DNA of 63,760 bases, the filler included, from Stramenopiles sp. TOSAG23-6 (Eukaryota): the NCBI GenBank assembly GCA_900128565.1. It is 9 parts of 9 records of this genome, joined end to end, with 100 filler letters (N's around TTAATTAATTAA, not from the genome) between each part and the next. Parts side by side here need not be neighbours in the genome. Positions count along the whole stretch, not along the records: positions 1 to 11,584 come from LT636256.1; positions 11,685 to 23,231 come from LT636257.1; 7 more parts are not named here. The stretch is one strand, 5' to 3'. The position numbers were made by a program, and so were the translations under genes. The notes under the pieces were generated by a model. That model saw only the letters and a program-made list of their open reading frames with translations. It made no database searches and was not told where the DNA came from. Position 1 is the first letter of the stretch, and each line of letters starts with the position of its first letter. This document shows positions 1-12,397 of the stretch, one piece after another.

Positions 1-46
1 AAAAAAAAAAAAAAAAAAAAAAAAAATATATATATGGAAAAAATAC

Positions 47-243
47 CTGTGGTTGAACCAGTAATCCAAACAATGGATTTATCATTTTTATCACCAACAG
101 GGTTAGCATTATCATCATTATATTCGGTGACTGCAACTGCTGTGGCATATGTATTTGTAAAAATATTTGTCAAACAATTAAAATTTGTTAGGTCAGTATT
201 TTTTTTCAAAAAAAAAAAAAAAAAAAAAAAAATAAATTTTTTT

Positions 244-285
<42 letters not shown>

Positions 286-826
286 TACCAAAATTTTTTT
301 TTTTTTTTTTTCAAAAGAAAATTAAAAGTAAAACGTAAAACGTACATTGTAAGGGACTTGAACATTGTGTCAGAAATCCTTCCGTCGTACCAGCGATATA
401 CACAGTACCAACTGATGATTGATCAGGTGTTGGATCACCAACGATTGCAACTGCTTCATCAAATACTTTTGTTCCAAATTGAGAAATTCCAAGTTGTTTC
501 ATGTATTTTCGAAAAATATTTCAAAAAATTTCAATAAAATGTTTTTTTGTTAGGTACAAAATTTCGTATGAAACCAAAAAAAAAAAAATTCAATTTCAAA
601 TTTAAAAAAAAAATAAACATACATATTTCGTGTTGATAAAGCAATTACAAACACATCTTTTCGTGTTTTTGATGTCGTTGCATCAGTTGCTCCTTTTTTC
701 CAATCTGTAGGTTTTGTTCGGTCACTACAGGTAAAACCATCATAACAATTTGTCATTGTACCTGTGTTGTAAAAAAAAAAAAAAAAAAAAATTGATGTTT
801 TGTTGTTAGGTATGAAATTTCGTAGC

Positions 827-857
<31 letters not shown>

Positions 858-2050
858 TCTCAAAAAAAAAAAAAAAAAAAAAAATATGAATTTTTTTCAA
901 AAAAAAAAAAATATATATATAATAATAATAATGATATAATGATAACATATGATCAAGTAATTCAGTTCCAAATTGTAATTGAGCTAACGGTGGTGGTGAT
1001 GGTTTTGCATCTAAACCACTCTGTGTTCGTAATGTCGTTTTTCTGGTGTAAAAGTTGTTTCCACTGTACTCTTTACTGTACTATTTACAATGGAAGATAA
1101 CCATACTTTTAATACGAAAATATCAGTTATTGAGTTATGTTTTCCATCAGTGGAACAAGCAAGATTTGGATTTCCAATTTCATTAGAACATAAATTGTGA
1201 AAAAAAAAAATTCAGAATTTTTGTTAGGTACGAAATTTCGTATGAAAAAAAAAATTTAAATTTTTTAAAAAAGTAAACAAACAACCGGAAGGGCTAAAAA
1301 CACCCGAAGTATTACCTATAATGAATGCCACGTGGCAATGTCTTTCTGCAATGGCAATGTCAGAGACATAATCATTTTGGGGAGTACCAAATTGTCTATA
1401 ATAAATATTTTCTCCTGTGATGCTGTCTGTCATTGATAAAAAAATATTTGTCTTGACTTGATCTGTGCTGCATGTATTTTGGAAAAATATTTCAAAAAAA
1501 ATTTTTTCCGTAAAAAAAAATTGTTAGGTACAAAATTTCGTACGAAAAAAAAATTTAATTTTCGAAAAAAAAAATTGAAAAAAAATAAAAACATACACTG
1601 AAGTTGCGTGGGAAGGCTTGGAAGAAGAGCTGTACTAGAAGCTCTTCCCAAGGGCAAACATGAAGCTAATTGACCTGTTGTTTCACCAACTCCCCAAATG
1701 AATCGATTTCTATCACGATTTGGATTGTTTTTGGTTGGATCAGTTTTTTTACGTAAAAGAGGGAAAGGACCTCTTGTGCTTCGTAAAATGTCTTGAAACT
1801 TACTTCCCAATGTAGACGTCATTTTTTCCAACGTTTTTTCTGTTTGTACATAACTACTACTATCTAAATTTGTATTGCTTTGTTGTGTTGACCATGGATA
1901 CTTGTAATTATTTGTAAATGATGGTAAAATTGGACGCGATGGAAAGAGTTCTACGGTATAATTTGTGTATATCTGTGATGCCAATGTCAGTGTCATTATT
2001 GTGTTTGTACATAACACAAGAAGAGCTTTGTAAAGCGTTATTGTCTTCAT
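47..2050 (-). CDS. Secreted beta-propeller (SBBP-like) repeat protein; multi-exon, 3' end outside window
   Basis: Hydrophobic N-terminus; repeated 'QFGTxxxD..xxIA..xxGxTxG' and 'DIFVxK' motifs after removing introns 1472-1596, 1190-1282, 1081-1106, 501-622 and 149-345. The intron at ~762-946 has mismatched phases, possibly a collapsed assembly. Confidence 0.65.
501..622 (-). other. GT-AT family intron (122 nt)
   Basis: at|GTATGT...AAAATACAT|g gives RNM-KQLGISQFGTK in frame. Confidence 0.8.
1081..1106 (-). other. Candidate 26-nt canonical GT-AG intron
   Basis: GTATGG...AAATAG removal fixes a frameshift and gives DIFVLK-YSKEY...QLQFGTELLDH. Confidence 0.5.
1190..1282 (-). other. GT-AT family intron (93 nt)
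   Basis: t|GTTTGT...CACAATTTAT|gt gives PSGC-SNEIGNPNLACSTDG. Confidence 0.75.
1472..1596 (-). other. GT-AT family intron (125 nt)
   Basis: t|GTATGT...CCAAAATACAT|gc joins ORF 1430..2050 to ORF 1224..1433 (QLQC-STDQVKTNIFLSMTDSITG). Confidence 0.8.
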
Positions 2051-2521
2051 TCTTGTATAAAGAAATTATTCAAAGATAATGTTGTACAGAAATAAAATGG
2101 ACTGCTTAATTACATAAAAAATGTGTCAACTGTAGTCATTTGCAATAAAGAATATTAATAATATTTCGTATGTCTAATACTATTGCTATGATGCGTGGAC
2201 TATGATGGACTATATGATGGATGATGATAGAAAGAAGAAAAGTTTGTAACAGTTTCATAAAAATGTTGAATTTCTAATTTAGCTATATACGTTAGATTTC
2301 GGATTTCGGAATTTGTGTGCAAACTAACAGCAAAATGAGGTGGCGTGAGCTGTCATCATGCGAGCCAATTTTTTTTATTTTGGTACGAATTTTCGTACTT
2401 AAACGTGCGCAAGCATATCCATTCACATTTTCTTCGCAAGCTCCGCTACTCTCCACACAATTCACTTTGAGATCTGCGCAGCAGTGTAAATAATAGGAAA
2501 GCTATAGTGATCGAATAATAA

Positions 2522-3061
<540 letters not shown>

Positions 3062-3350
3062 GTTTAGATTTATTTTCAGTTTCTTTTCCTTTGTTTATTC
3101 CTTTATTCAAGTGATATGTTACAATTAAGTCACGTTTGATATATAAAGGAAATCAATCAAAATATATATCTTGTTTATTTTTATTTTTGTAGTTATGTAG
3201 TAATATCGTCATTGTTGGAGTTGGAGTTGGAGTAGTAACCCTAACATTTTTTTCGGGTTGCATATATACTTTTTATATATACTTTTTTAGTTATACAATC
3301 AAATATATACATGAAACATTTAAAAGAATCCAATATATATTTTATTGAAT

Positions 3351-3953
3351 TCAACGAATATATTCAAGCATTCGCCTTGAATGTGTACTTTGATGCTCTG
3401 CTTCGGCCTCTTTCAACACATCGACAAGCATCGATAACGTTGAGTAATCTGTTTGTAAGTAAGTACTTTGTTCATTGTTTTCATTCGTTACTTTTGTATC
3501 CAGACGTAGCATAAATATGGGCTCCATTGTGTTGTGACACATTCGACTTCCTATTTCCATATCTAATCTCCAATCTAAGTCACTGTATTGAGGTAACTGA
3601 GCGTCTAGTTGTTCTACACATTGTTTTAATACGGATAAATGTAACAAAAAGAATGTACACATTTCCTCTTGAATAACTCTTGAAAAGGACAGTTTCTCTA
3701 ACATTTTACACATACCAGCACGGCCTAACTTGCGTTTTGTTGCGGTAATTAATAAAGCTGCAAGTGAATCTATTCCTTTATAGACATTTTTAATACTTAA
3801 CCCATGGGCACATGCCTTTGACTGAAGACGCTTGTTCATGCCTCCTTGAAGTGACTCTAGTGCAACTTCGCATACACCTTTTATATGCTCAGATTGTAAC
3901 TTTTTTATTATAAATAAATCATCTACTGTGCTTTTATGTAAACCTGCAGCCAT
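3351..3953 (-). CDS. COMMD2: COMM domain protein, COMMD2-like
   Basis: LPQYSDLDWRLDMEIGSR...P...LQTDY COMM signature. Confidence 0.85.
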   Translation of the reverse strand: MAAGLHKSTVDDLFIIKKLQSEHIKGVCEVALESLQGGMNKRLQSKACAHGLSIKNVYKGIDSLAALLITATKRKLGRAGMCKMLEKLSFSRVIQEEMCTFFLLHLSVLKQCVEQLDAQLPQYSDLDWRLDMEIGSRMCHNTMEPIFMLRLDTKVTNENNEQSTYLQTDYSTLSMLVDVLKEAEAEHQSTHSRRMLEYIR

Positions 3954-4269
3954 TATATACTATATCGTAGAATGGTTTTGCTGTATTTCAATAATGTTCT
4001 TGAAAATAATATTAAAATTTCCTAATGAATGAATGACTGATCTGATATGAAACAAAACAAAAAAAAAGCTTTTTTTTTTTTTNCNGGNAAACAAATAAAT
4101 TCCAAATTAAAATTTAAAAGCCAGCGTAGAAAGAGGAAAACACGGTATTCCCTTGCTTGCAATGATAACCCACTGTCCTTTTACATCTTTGTGTAAAATA
4201 GGTTTTATACTAAATTTAACGGTGAATAATAAAAGGTTCGAGTAATCAAAGCACATTGGCTACATTAAA

Positions 4270-5502
4270 ATGATTCAGTTTATACTATATACAGTGCTAC
4301 TTATATCTTCATATGTGTATCATGGTGAAGCAGCTACCGCTTTTCGACAATCACCATTCACTCATGGGGGTAGTCCAGCAAAAAAATTGAAGGATATAGC
4401 AGTAGGTCCATTCAGCTTTGACATGGTATCTGCATTAAGTCCTTTTCTCTCTTTTTCTGACATGGAATCTCTTTCCGCTACAAATAAAGAAAACCGACAG
4501 CTGGTCAGTGAGGCGTATTTTCAGCCAAAAGCACGACACTTCTTCACGAAATTTGCGAGACGATTCGGACGATACAGCAGCGTTGAACAACTAAGAAAAT
4601 CTACTGAAAAACCAGAAAGCGAACCTCTATTAAAGTGGCTAGGTCGTGTAGTAAGAATGTACAGAAGGTTTCTTGAAACTTCTAATTACTCCAAAGCAAC
4701 AACAAACACCCTTACAAGGATTGAAGACGAAAGCCGTGATGATTGGCTTCTCCGAATAGAGAGGTTGGAAAGAGAGTTGGAAAGGGAAGCTTTGATTGCA
4801 CTGTATCATAATACAGACGGAGGTAGTTGGATGCATATAGATAATTGGAACACAGATACGAATATTTGTGAATGGTATGGAGTTACGTGTAATCAAGGAG
4901 GATGGGTTATTGCATTGAACTTGGACAACAACTTTCTATCTGGTCCAATACCCATGGAAATTGGTCAACTAACAAATCTTGAAGAACTGGATTTGCGAAA
5001 CAACCTACTATCTGGTTCAATTCCAACTGAAATTGGTCAACTAACAAATCTCGAATGGTTGTACTTGAATGCAAACGAACTATCTGGTCCAATTCCAACG
5101 GAATTTGGTCGACTAACAAATCTCAACGATTTGAGGTTGTCTGAGAACGATCTATCTGGTCCAATACCAAAAGAAATTGGTCAACTAACAGATGTTACGC
5201 ACTTGGCGTTAGATAACAACAACCAACTAACTGGTCCAATTCCAACTGAAATTGGTCAGCTAAGAAGTCTTGAATATTTGGACTTGGAAGAAAACAAACT
5301 AACTGGTCCAATTCCACGTGAAATTGGTCAATTATTGAATCTCGAAAAATTGTTCTTGAAAAACAACAACCTAACTGGCTCAATACCAAAGGAAATTGGT
5401 CAATTAACAAATCTTGAAAGCTTGAGTTTGGAATTCAACCAACTATCTGGGAAAATACCAAAAGAAATTGGTCAACTTCCAAATCTCAAAGGGTTTCACT
5501 AA
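4270..5502 (+). CDS. Secreted plant-type LRR protein (LRRNT cap plus ~8-9 24-aa repeats)
   Basis: Signal peptide; EREALIALY...W...CEWYGVTC cap; LxxLxLxxNxLSGPIPxEIGQL repeats. Confidence 0.9.
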   Translation: MIQFILYTVLLISSYVYHGEAATAFRQSPFTHGGSPAKKLKDIAVGPFSFDMVSALSPFLSFSDMESLSATNKENRQLVSEAYFQPKARHFFTKFARRFGRYSSVEQLRKSTEKPESEPLLKWLGRVVRMYRRFLETSNYSKATTNTLTRIEDESRDDWLLRIERLERELEREALIALYHNTDGGSWMHIDNWNTDTNICEWYGVTCNQGGWVIALNLDNNFLSGPIPMEIGQLTNLEELDLRNNLLSGSIPTEIGQLTNLEWLYLNANELSGPIPTEFGRLTNLNDLRLSENDLSGPIPKEIGQLTDVTHLALDNNNQLTGPIPTEIGQLRSLEYLDLEENKLTGPIPREIGQLLNLEKLFLKNNNLTGSIPKEIGQLTNLESLSLEFNQLSGKIPKEIGQLPNLKGFH

Positions 5503-5993
5503 CAACAATCTATCTGGTTCAATGCTAACCAAAGTTTTTCCACTAAAAAGCCTTTCCAGGGATGGGACTTGAGATTAATATAACTTACTTACTGGTTCAA
5601 TACCAATCGTCCACTCAAAATCGTTCTGATNNNNNNNNNNNNNNNNNNNNNNNNNNNNNNNNNNNNNNNNNNNNNNNNNNNNNNNNNNNNNNNNNNNNNN
5701 NNNNNNNNNNNNNNNNNNNNNNNNNNNNNNNNNNNNTAATATAACTTACTTACTGGTTCAATACCAATCGTCCACTCAAAATCGTTCTGATCAAAGATAT
5801 AAAAACAAAAGAAAAACAAAAACTTTAAGGAATTTTCAAGCAGGTTTTTTAGGGTTTTTCAGGGTTTTGCTCTTCATAATAAAATGTAATAAAAAATGAC
5901 AAAAACAAATAAAAAAAAGCATTTATTATAAATATGTTATCGTGCCCAAATTTATTTTTTTTTTCGTACGTAATTTTGTACCTAAAGATTTTT

Positions 5994-7758
5994 TTATCGT
6001 GCCCAAGTTTCTTTCTTGGCTAATTTTTGTCTTTTATATGCTTTTTTACCCCCTTCATTTTTTCGATTTTGACTTTGAAGAAATCGTTTTTTCGTGTTTT
6101 TTGTAAATGATTTATCCGCTAACATTTCTGCAACAAAATTTTGTTTTCTTTCTTTTTTAGTTAAATTTGCTAATTTACGTGGTTCAAATGCACCAGCAAC
6201 AATTGTACCCATTTCAAATTGATTTGGTAAAATTTTATCATCATTTTTGTTCATTTTTTTATGTATTATGAAAAATATTTTTTTTTTTGGATAATAAAAA
6301 AAATTGTTAGGTACAAAATTTTTTACAAAATAAATAAAAAAAAAAATTTAAAAAAAAAAAACGTACATAAAATTGTTTGGTATGAATAAATCGTCGCATT
6401 TGCAAAGTTTGTAAATCTCTTTTTAATTGTGCATTAACAGATGGAGTTTGAATTCGAACTCTTGTAGCTTCATTATGAGCTTGAGCAGATTTGAGACGCA
6501 TGTATTGTGAGAAAAATATTTTCAATTTTTTTTTTTTTTTTCGGTAAAAAAAAAATCGTTAGGTACAAAATTTACTATGAAAAAAAAAAAAAATTCAAAA
6601 AAAAAAATCGTTAGGTAAAAAATTTACTATGAAAAAAAAAAAAATTCAAAAAAAAAAAACATACATTCTTTGTATATCATTTGCATGAAGCGAAATATTA
6701 TCTTTTCCAATATCAGTAATTTTCACATTGGATGGGAAATTTTTGTTATGTTGAATTGTTTTCTTTTTCGTATTGTTTTCTTCTAATGGAGCAGGTTTGT
6801 CAGCAAACTGTAAATAGGGTGAAGATTCTAAACCACTCTGAAGTGTCAAAATTGGTTGTGCAGTGTTAGGGTTAGGGTTTATAGATTTTGTTTTTTTTGA
6901 TATTGTACATTTCTCTGTTAGTATTGTTGGTTTAGGGTTAGGGTTTTCCTCTTTTGTGCTTGTTATTACTTGCATTGCATTCTGAACTAAATTAAAAACA
7001 TCATCATCATCATCACTTTCATTGTTGTTTACATGTTCAACATTATTTTCATCATTAACAAGATTATTTGCAAGACTATTTACATCATCAATTTCACTTT
7101 GTTCTTCTTCATCTTCATCCCCACTAATTTTTAAAGAATCAGGAACACGATCTTCAGGAATATCAGACAGCCTCTCTTTACGAGTCGCTGTATTCTTTCG
7201 AATATCACTTTCTTCAGCCCAAGTATCATTTTTATTACTTAAACCAATGAAACTTATATAGTACGTAAAAGAATCATCTTCATTATATTTAACTTGAACG
7301 ATTTTGGCTTGATCCCATCGTTCGGATGTATTCGTCTCTCGCAAAGCTTCTACAACATCCCCTTCTTGCCATGCAGGGGTAGGTAGTATTTTCTTCTTCT
7401 TTTTTGTTTTTTTTGAGGTCTTTTTCTTGGACTTTTTGTTTGTTTTCTTTCCATTTTTGGTCATTTTTTTCTTTACTTTTGTGTTTGTTGAATCTGCACT
7501 AGATGAACGAGAACGAATACGTGCACTAGAACGAGTCGCAACATGTTTATTTTGTTGGTTATTCAATGTTTTTTTGTTTTCAACCTTTGTAAGAGTGCGG
7601 GTACTTCTTCGACGTGTGGTCATTGATTCTTCTTTTTTTTTTTTACTTTGTTTTGTTTTTTGTGTCTTTTGTAGTTTTTGTGTATTGTTAGACGTTGATT
7701 CTTCCTGCACTGTCTTTTGAGTACGACTACTACGTCGTAATGACTTCTTTGTCACCAT
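5994..7758 (-). CDS. FCF2: Fcf2/DNTTIP2 pre-rRNA processing protein with N-terminal Tudor-knot/chromo-barrel-like segment; 3 exons
   Basis: LKRDLQTLQMRRFIHTKQFY-KK...PNQFEMGTIV...TKKERKQNFVAEMLAD after removing introns 6500-6664 and 6261-6366; YYISFIGLSNKNDTW resembles a Tudor-knot. Confidence 0.85.
6261..6366 (-). other. GT-AT family intron (106 nt)
   Basis: tat|GTACGT...CATAATACAT|aaa restores the Fcf2 'FYKK' motif. Confidence 0.85.
6500..6664 (-). other. GT-AT family intron with internally duplicated core (165 nt)
   Basis: at|GTATGT...CACAATACAT|g; core present twice. Confidence 0.75.
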
Positions 7759-7844
7759 TATAGTTAAACAATAATGTTACTAATTCTAATAAAGACAATA
7801 TTTTATAATAGGAGAGAGACCTTTCCGATACACCTGAAGACAGA

Positions 7845-7872
7845 CACACACACACTCTCTCTCTCTCTCTCT
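7845..7872. repeat. (CA)n(CT)n microsatellite in divergent promoter region
   Basis: cacacacacactctctctctctctctct. Confidence 0.8.
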
Positions 7873-8126
7873 GTGAGCGAACTTGACACGCTGAATCTAC
7901 CACACAGGTTTTGTACCATTTTGGTACGAAAAACACAAACCTGCTCCAAACTCATTTTTTTTGATCAATGATTCATGAAAACAGTTACAAAATCTTTTGA
8001 CATCTCATCTGTAATCAACACAATTTACATTTTTTATCAGTGTTTTTACTATTTAGAGTCAATTTCTATATCCAAATATCACAGTACAAACCAACTAAAT
8101 AAATGATACAGTACTGCTAATAGAGA

Positions 8127-11100
8127 ATGACGTCATTAGTAGGTCATACGGTGGTAATAAAACCACCCTCTTCTTCACGTTTGTCTTGTCCAACGATACA
8201 AAACGAACAAAATGAACAAAAAGAAATGGCGAAACAACAAAACCATCGAGTTGGAGCTGTAATTAAACATGACATTGAAAGGAATCTATTATATGTCATA
8301 TATAATAATGATACTTCTGGATCTGTCTTGTACAATCCTGCTTACATTGAAGTCAACAACTCACCCACTCTTGAAGACATTTTAAGCCACACTGTGAATC
8401 GTGACGATCCAACTACAAAAAAACAAAAAAATGAAAAATTGCAAAGATTAGCTTCTGCTTTATTGACAAATGAAAACATCAATGTAGACAATACACTTTC
8501 TCAAGCACTTTCTATTGTATCATATAAAGAAAGTAATGGAGAAAATATACTTGGTAGTGTTGTTGATATTATATTAGAGAGTTATTGTGATGATATGTGG
8601 TTAAGTAGGAAAAATAGTACGGCAAGGGTTAGGGTTAGTGACGTACATTCACTGGAAAAAGAGAAAAAAAAAATGCAAAACCCTAACCCTATCGCCAGTA
8701 TATCTTCCAGTGGTACTGATGATGATGATGATGATAATAATAATAACATGGATGAAAATAGTAAACAAAGTATTCAATATACGCAAAATAATTGGTTATC
8801 ATCCGCAAAGAGAAACGAAAATAGAAAAGAAATTGATATTTTTTCAAAATTGAATTTTGAAAAAACATCTGAAAAAGAAATTGAAAAAACATCTGAAAAA
8901 AAAAGTATTACAAAAAATGCTGTTCGTGGTCCTGCTGGACCTTCTTTTCATACAATGGATATATATAACGATAAACCTATACCCAAAACAACAAATATGA
9001 CAAATATAAAAACAAATAGAACAAAAAAAAAAGAAAAAAAAATGTCTTTAACAAACACGAAATCTTTGGAAAGTCTTTCGAATCCATTTGNACCGTCTTT
9101 TCCTATACAAAACTCTCTATATAAAGAAACCCTAACCCTAAATGAAAGAAATGAAAGAAAACGAATATCACCGTATACAATAAATACGGAAACAGTACCT
9201 ACTAGTCACTATTTAGGAATAGATAAATATCATTCCATTGTAACAAACCCTAACCCTAGTACTTTGACAGAAACAAAACACGAAATATCTGTACTCTATC
9301 AAAATAACCCTAACCCTAATACAAGGACCAATGAAACTGTCAAACATAAACAACAATTTCGTGTAGGAAAACCATTCGATAAAGGCAATAAAGGCAAAAG
9401 TGTTTTTTCAACCACAGCATCAAGTGTTTTACAAGATTCAATGTACCTAAATAACCTAAATAGTACGACTAAAAGTATACAAGATATGTTAGGTACAAAT
9501 TTTGGTACAAAAAAAATAAATTCGAAATTGAAAAAAAAAAAAAAAAGGGAACCCTAACCCTAGTACAATATTTTTAAAAATTCAAAAAATTCAAAAGACA
9601 TATTGTTAATAAATGAACGATATGAGCGAGATAAATATATTATTGAACATGGTACAATCATAGTAAAATTTGTTTTTCAACTTCCTTACAAAAATGTTGA
9701 AATTGTGAAAATGAAGTTACATGTACGTGTTTCATTACGAATTTCAAATTTAGTTTTTTTATACGAAATTTTCTACGTAACAAATTTTTTTAGATTTTTT
9801 TTGGAATTTCAAATTTATTTTTTTATAGGAAATTTTGTACGTACGATTATTTTTGAATTTGTATTCTATACTTTTTCATTACGAATTTAATTTTTTTATT
9901 GAATGTTTGGGGGTTGATTCATAAATAAGATTTTTTTTTTTTTTGATATTTGATATTTGATATTTGAAATTTGAAATTCGATTAAAAATTAAAAATTAAA
10001 AATTAAAAATTAAAAATTGTAAACCTAACAAAAAAATTTAAATGTTTTACATATAGTCTTATACTACATGACAANCACTGGTCTACACAATATTATTTCA
10101 TCCAATTTATTGAAAAATTAACTGAACAATATTTTAACTATACAAATTCAGTACCTAAAGAAAATTCTCAAATTTGTCTCCACTATGAAGATAGGGTTGG
10201 GGATTGGATNCGTATTCCTGGATTTCGTGCTTTTTCAATTGCTGTAAATGAAATTCGAAATAAAATGATTAAAAAAATAGAAAAAGCATATTTTAAAAAA
10301 ATACAAAGTGATTATTTAACAATGAATTTAAATATAGATCATATTATGGAAGANTCTTCATTGGTTATATTTGTTTCAAATAAAGAAGAAGAGGATAAAA
10401 AACACGAAACACATGAAACACATGAAAAACACGAAAAACAGTCAACCACACAAATTCTCCCACAAAACCAACAAAATCAACAACAAAATCAACAACAAAA
10501 TCAACCTATGCATTGGCAACGAGGTGAATTATTAGGTAAAGGATCATATGGAAAAGTTTTTTCTGCATTAGATTGTACATTTTCATGATAAATTTTTACT
10601 ATTCATTTTTTTTTTGTAGTACATTTCGTACCTAACAAAAAAAAATTTTAATTTTTGAAATATTTTTTCACAATATTGTAACAACTGGACGACATTTTGC
10701 AGTAAAACAAGTAAGTTTAGAAAAAGCTGGTATACAATCTTCAAAACAGGTTTGTGCGCTTGAAAAAGAAATTTCTTTATTATCAAGGCTAAANCATCCT
10801 AATATTGTCAGTTATTTGGGGTCACAAAAAGAATCAAAACATCCAAAATCAAAAAAAAGTGGAAAATTATATATTTTTCTGGAGTTATGTGGAGGTGGTA
10901 GTATAACAACTACAATTAAAAAATTTGGAGGGAAATTACCAGAATCAGTCATAAGACAATATACAAAACAGATATTATATGGTTTAGTATATCTTCATAA
11001 TTGTAATATGTATGTTTCCATTACTTTTATTATTTCAAATTGTATAATTTTTTACACGAAATATTTTTTTATTTTTTAATTTTTTTTTAAATTTTTTTTA

Positions 11101-11584
11101 GAAAATAATACTAGTATATACTAAAGAAAACACAACGAATTGAATATATTGTTGTACAAAACATTGTACATAGAGATATAAAAGGTTCAAATTGTTTAGT
11201 ATCGCGAAATGGCACAATAAAATTAGCTGATTTTGGTTGTTCTCGAGTTTTACATTCAAATAACCAATCTAAAGATGCAAGTCAATCTTTTGATTTGACG
11301 GCTGTTGGAACACCACAATATATGTACGTTTTCATTTCAATTTCGAATTGTTTTTTTTCGTACGAAATTTTGTACCTAAGATTTTTTTTTTTGAAATATT
11401 TTTTCATAATCCATGGCGCCAGAGGTGATGATGAAATCAGATAATTTACCTGAAAATAACCCAAATTTTTTTGTTATGAGTTTTGACGGAGAAGCAACAA
11501 TTGAAAAATTACGTAACAAATGTGAAACTATAAATACAAAAAATACAAAAAATACAAAAAATACAAAAAATACAAAAAATACAA
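8127..11584 (+). CDS. STE11/MEKK-like MAP3K with PB1-like segment; multi-exon, truncated by contig end
   Basis: [57 protein letters not shown] after splicing; YEDRVGDWI resembles PB1. Linkage to the 8127..9557 ORF is uncertain. Confidence 0.8.
10575..10678 (+). other. Family intron with probable GT-TG ends (104 nt)
   Basis: t|GTACAT...CACAATATTG|ta gives [15 protein letters not shown]; no AG or AT acceptor gives this frame nearby. Confidence 0.6.
11010..11164 (+). other. GT-AT intron (155 nt)
   Basis: at|GTATGT...ACAAAACAT|t restores [14 protein letters not shown]. Confidence 0.85.
11324..11414 (+). other. GT-AT family intron (91 nt)
   Basis: at|GTACGT...CATAATCCAT|g restores kinase GTPQY-M-APEV. 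Confidence 0.9.
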
Positions 11585-11628
11585 NNNNNNNNNNNNNNNN
11601 NNNNNNNNNNNNNNNNNNNNNNNNNNNN

Positions 11629-11640
11629 TTAATTAATTAA
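11629..11640. other. Artificial contig spacer; also at 23276, 34797, 46312, 57827, 59323, 60818, 62312
   Basis: Identical TTAATTAATTAA (stops in all frames) flanked by N runs. Confidence 0.95.
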
Positions 11641-11744
11641 NNNNNNNNNNNNNNNNNNNNNNNNNNNNNNNNNNNNNNNNNNNNTTTTCGTACGAAATTT
11701 TGTACCTAATAACAAAAATCTTGTACTATTTTTTCACAATACAT

Positions 11745-12188
11745 GCTTTCTCCACTAAAGTTTTGGAGCTAAATTCTGCTGGAAAAGTTGTTGTGCGTGA
11801 TAAATTCGCTGTGACATACTGTAACGACTTAGATACCTTTCATAATGATCTTCGTCAGGAATCTGGTGATCCTGAGTTAGAAGATTGTGTCAAGATTAGA
11901 ACTGTGCCAGAACGATTTATTTTTACAGTAGAAGTAACAGGTGCTTTGACACCATCTGAAGTGGTTCTCTCTGCGCTAAAAATTATTGAAAAGAAAATTG
12001 AGATAGTTGAAACGCAACTCAAACATGAAATTGAGAATGAGGGACAAAATACAGATATAAATGGTGTTGTAATGGATAAAAGAGGTGACATACAAAATTT
12101 ACCTCGGACGTTGCCAGGTCGTTTTGAGTCTGCTGATACTGCAGCTCGGCCACTTCTCCCAGGTGAGTTGTATAGTGTTGGTCGCTAA
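11745..12188 (+). CDS. RPB3: RNA polymerase II subunit RPB3-like, last exon (5' part off contig)
   Basis: RFIFTVEVTGALTPSEVVLSALKII; preceded by the family acceptor CACAATACAT ending at 11744. Confidence 0.75.
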   Translation, partial: AFSTKVLELNSAGKVVVRDKFAVTYCNDLDTFHNDLRQESGDPELEDCVKIRTVPERFIFTVEVTGALTPSEVVLSALKIIEKKIEIVETQLKHEIENEGQNTDINGVVMDKRGDIQNLPRTLPGRFESADTAARPLLPGELYSVGR

Positions 12189-12397
12189 GATTACTTTTAG
12201 GAGTGTGCAGTGGAGATATATACAGATTTTGCAACACTTTGATACAATTGAATGATAAATTTATGACAAAATTTTGTACTTTATGTATGTTATCGAAATA
12301 TTATTACTAGCTGTAGTACGAAAAAAATGTATCCAATACTCTGAATCAAGGACTTTATTTTTTTTTGTACCAAAATGTAATACCCAACAAAAAAACA

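Noticed and set aside
34-948. Poly-K/poly-F ORFs such as 34..537 and 22816..23283, and recurring peptides YEILYLT / RNFVPN / TKFCT
   Set aside because: Translations of intron homopolymers and of the intron core, not proteins.
5576-5790. ~55-bp direct repeat either side of an N gap
   Set aside because: Most likely overlapping contig ends in scaffolding.
11585-11684. Repeated TTAATTAATTAA palindrome flanked by Ns (8 copies)
   Set aside because: Artificial contig spacer, not biological; gene clusters across it were not interpreted.
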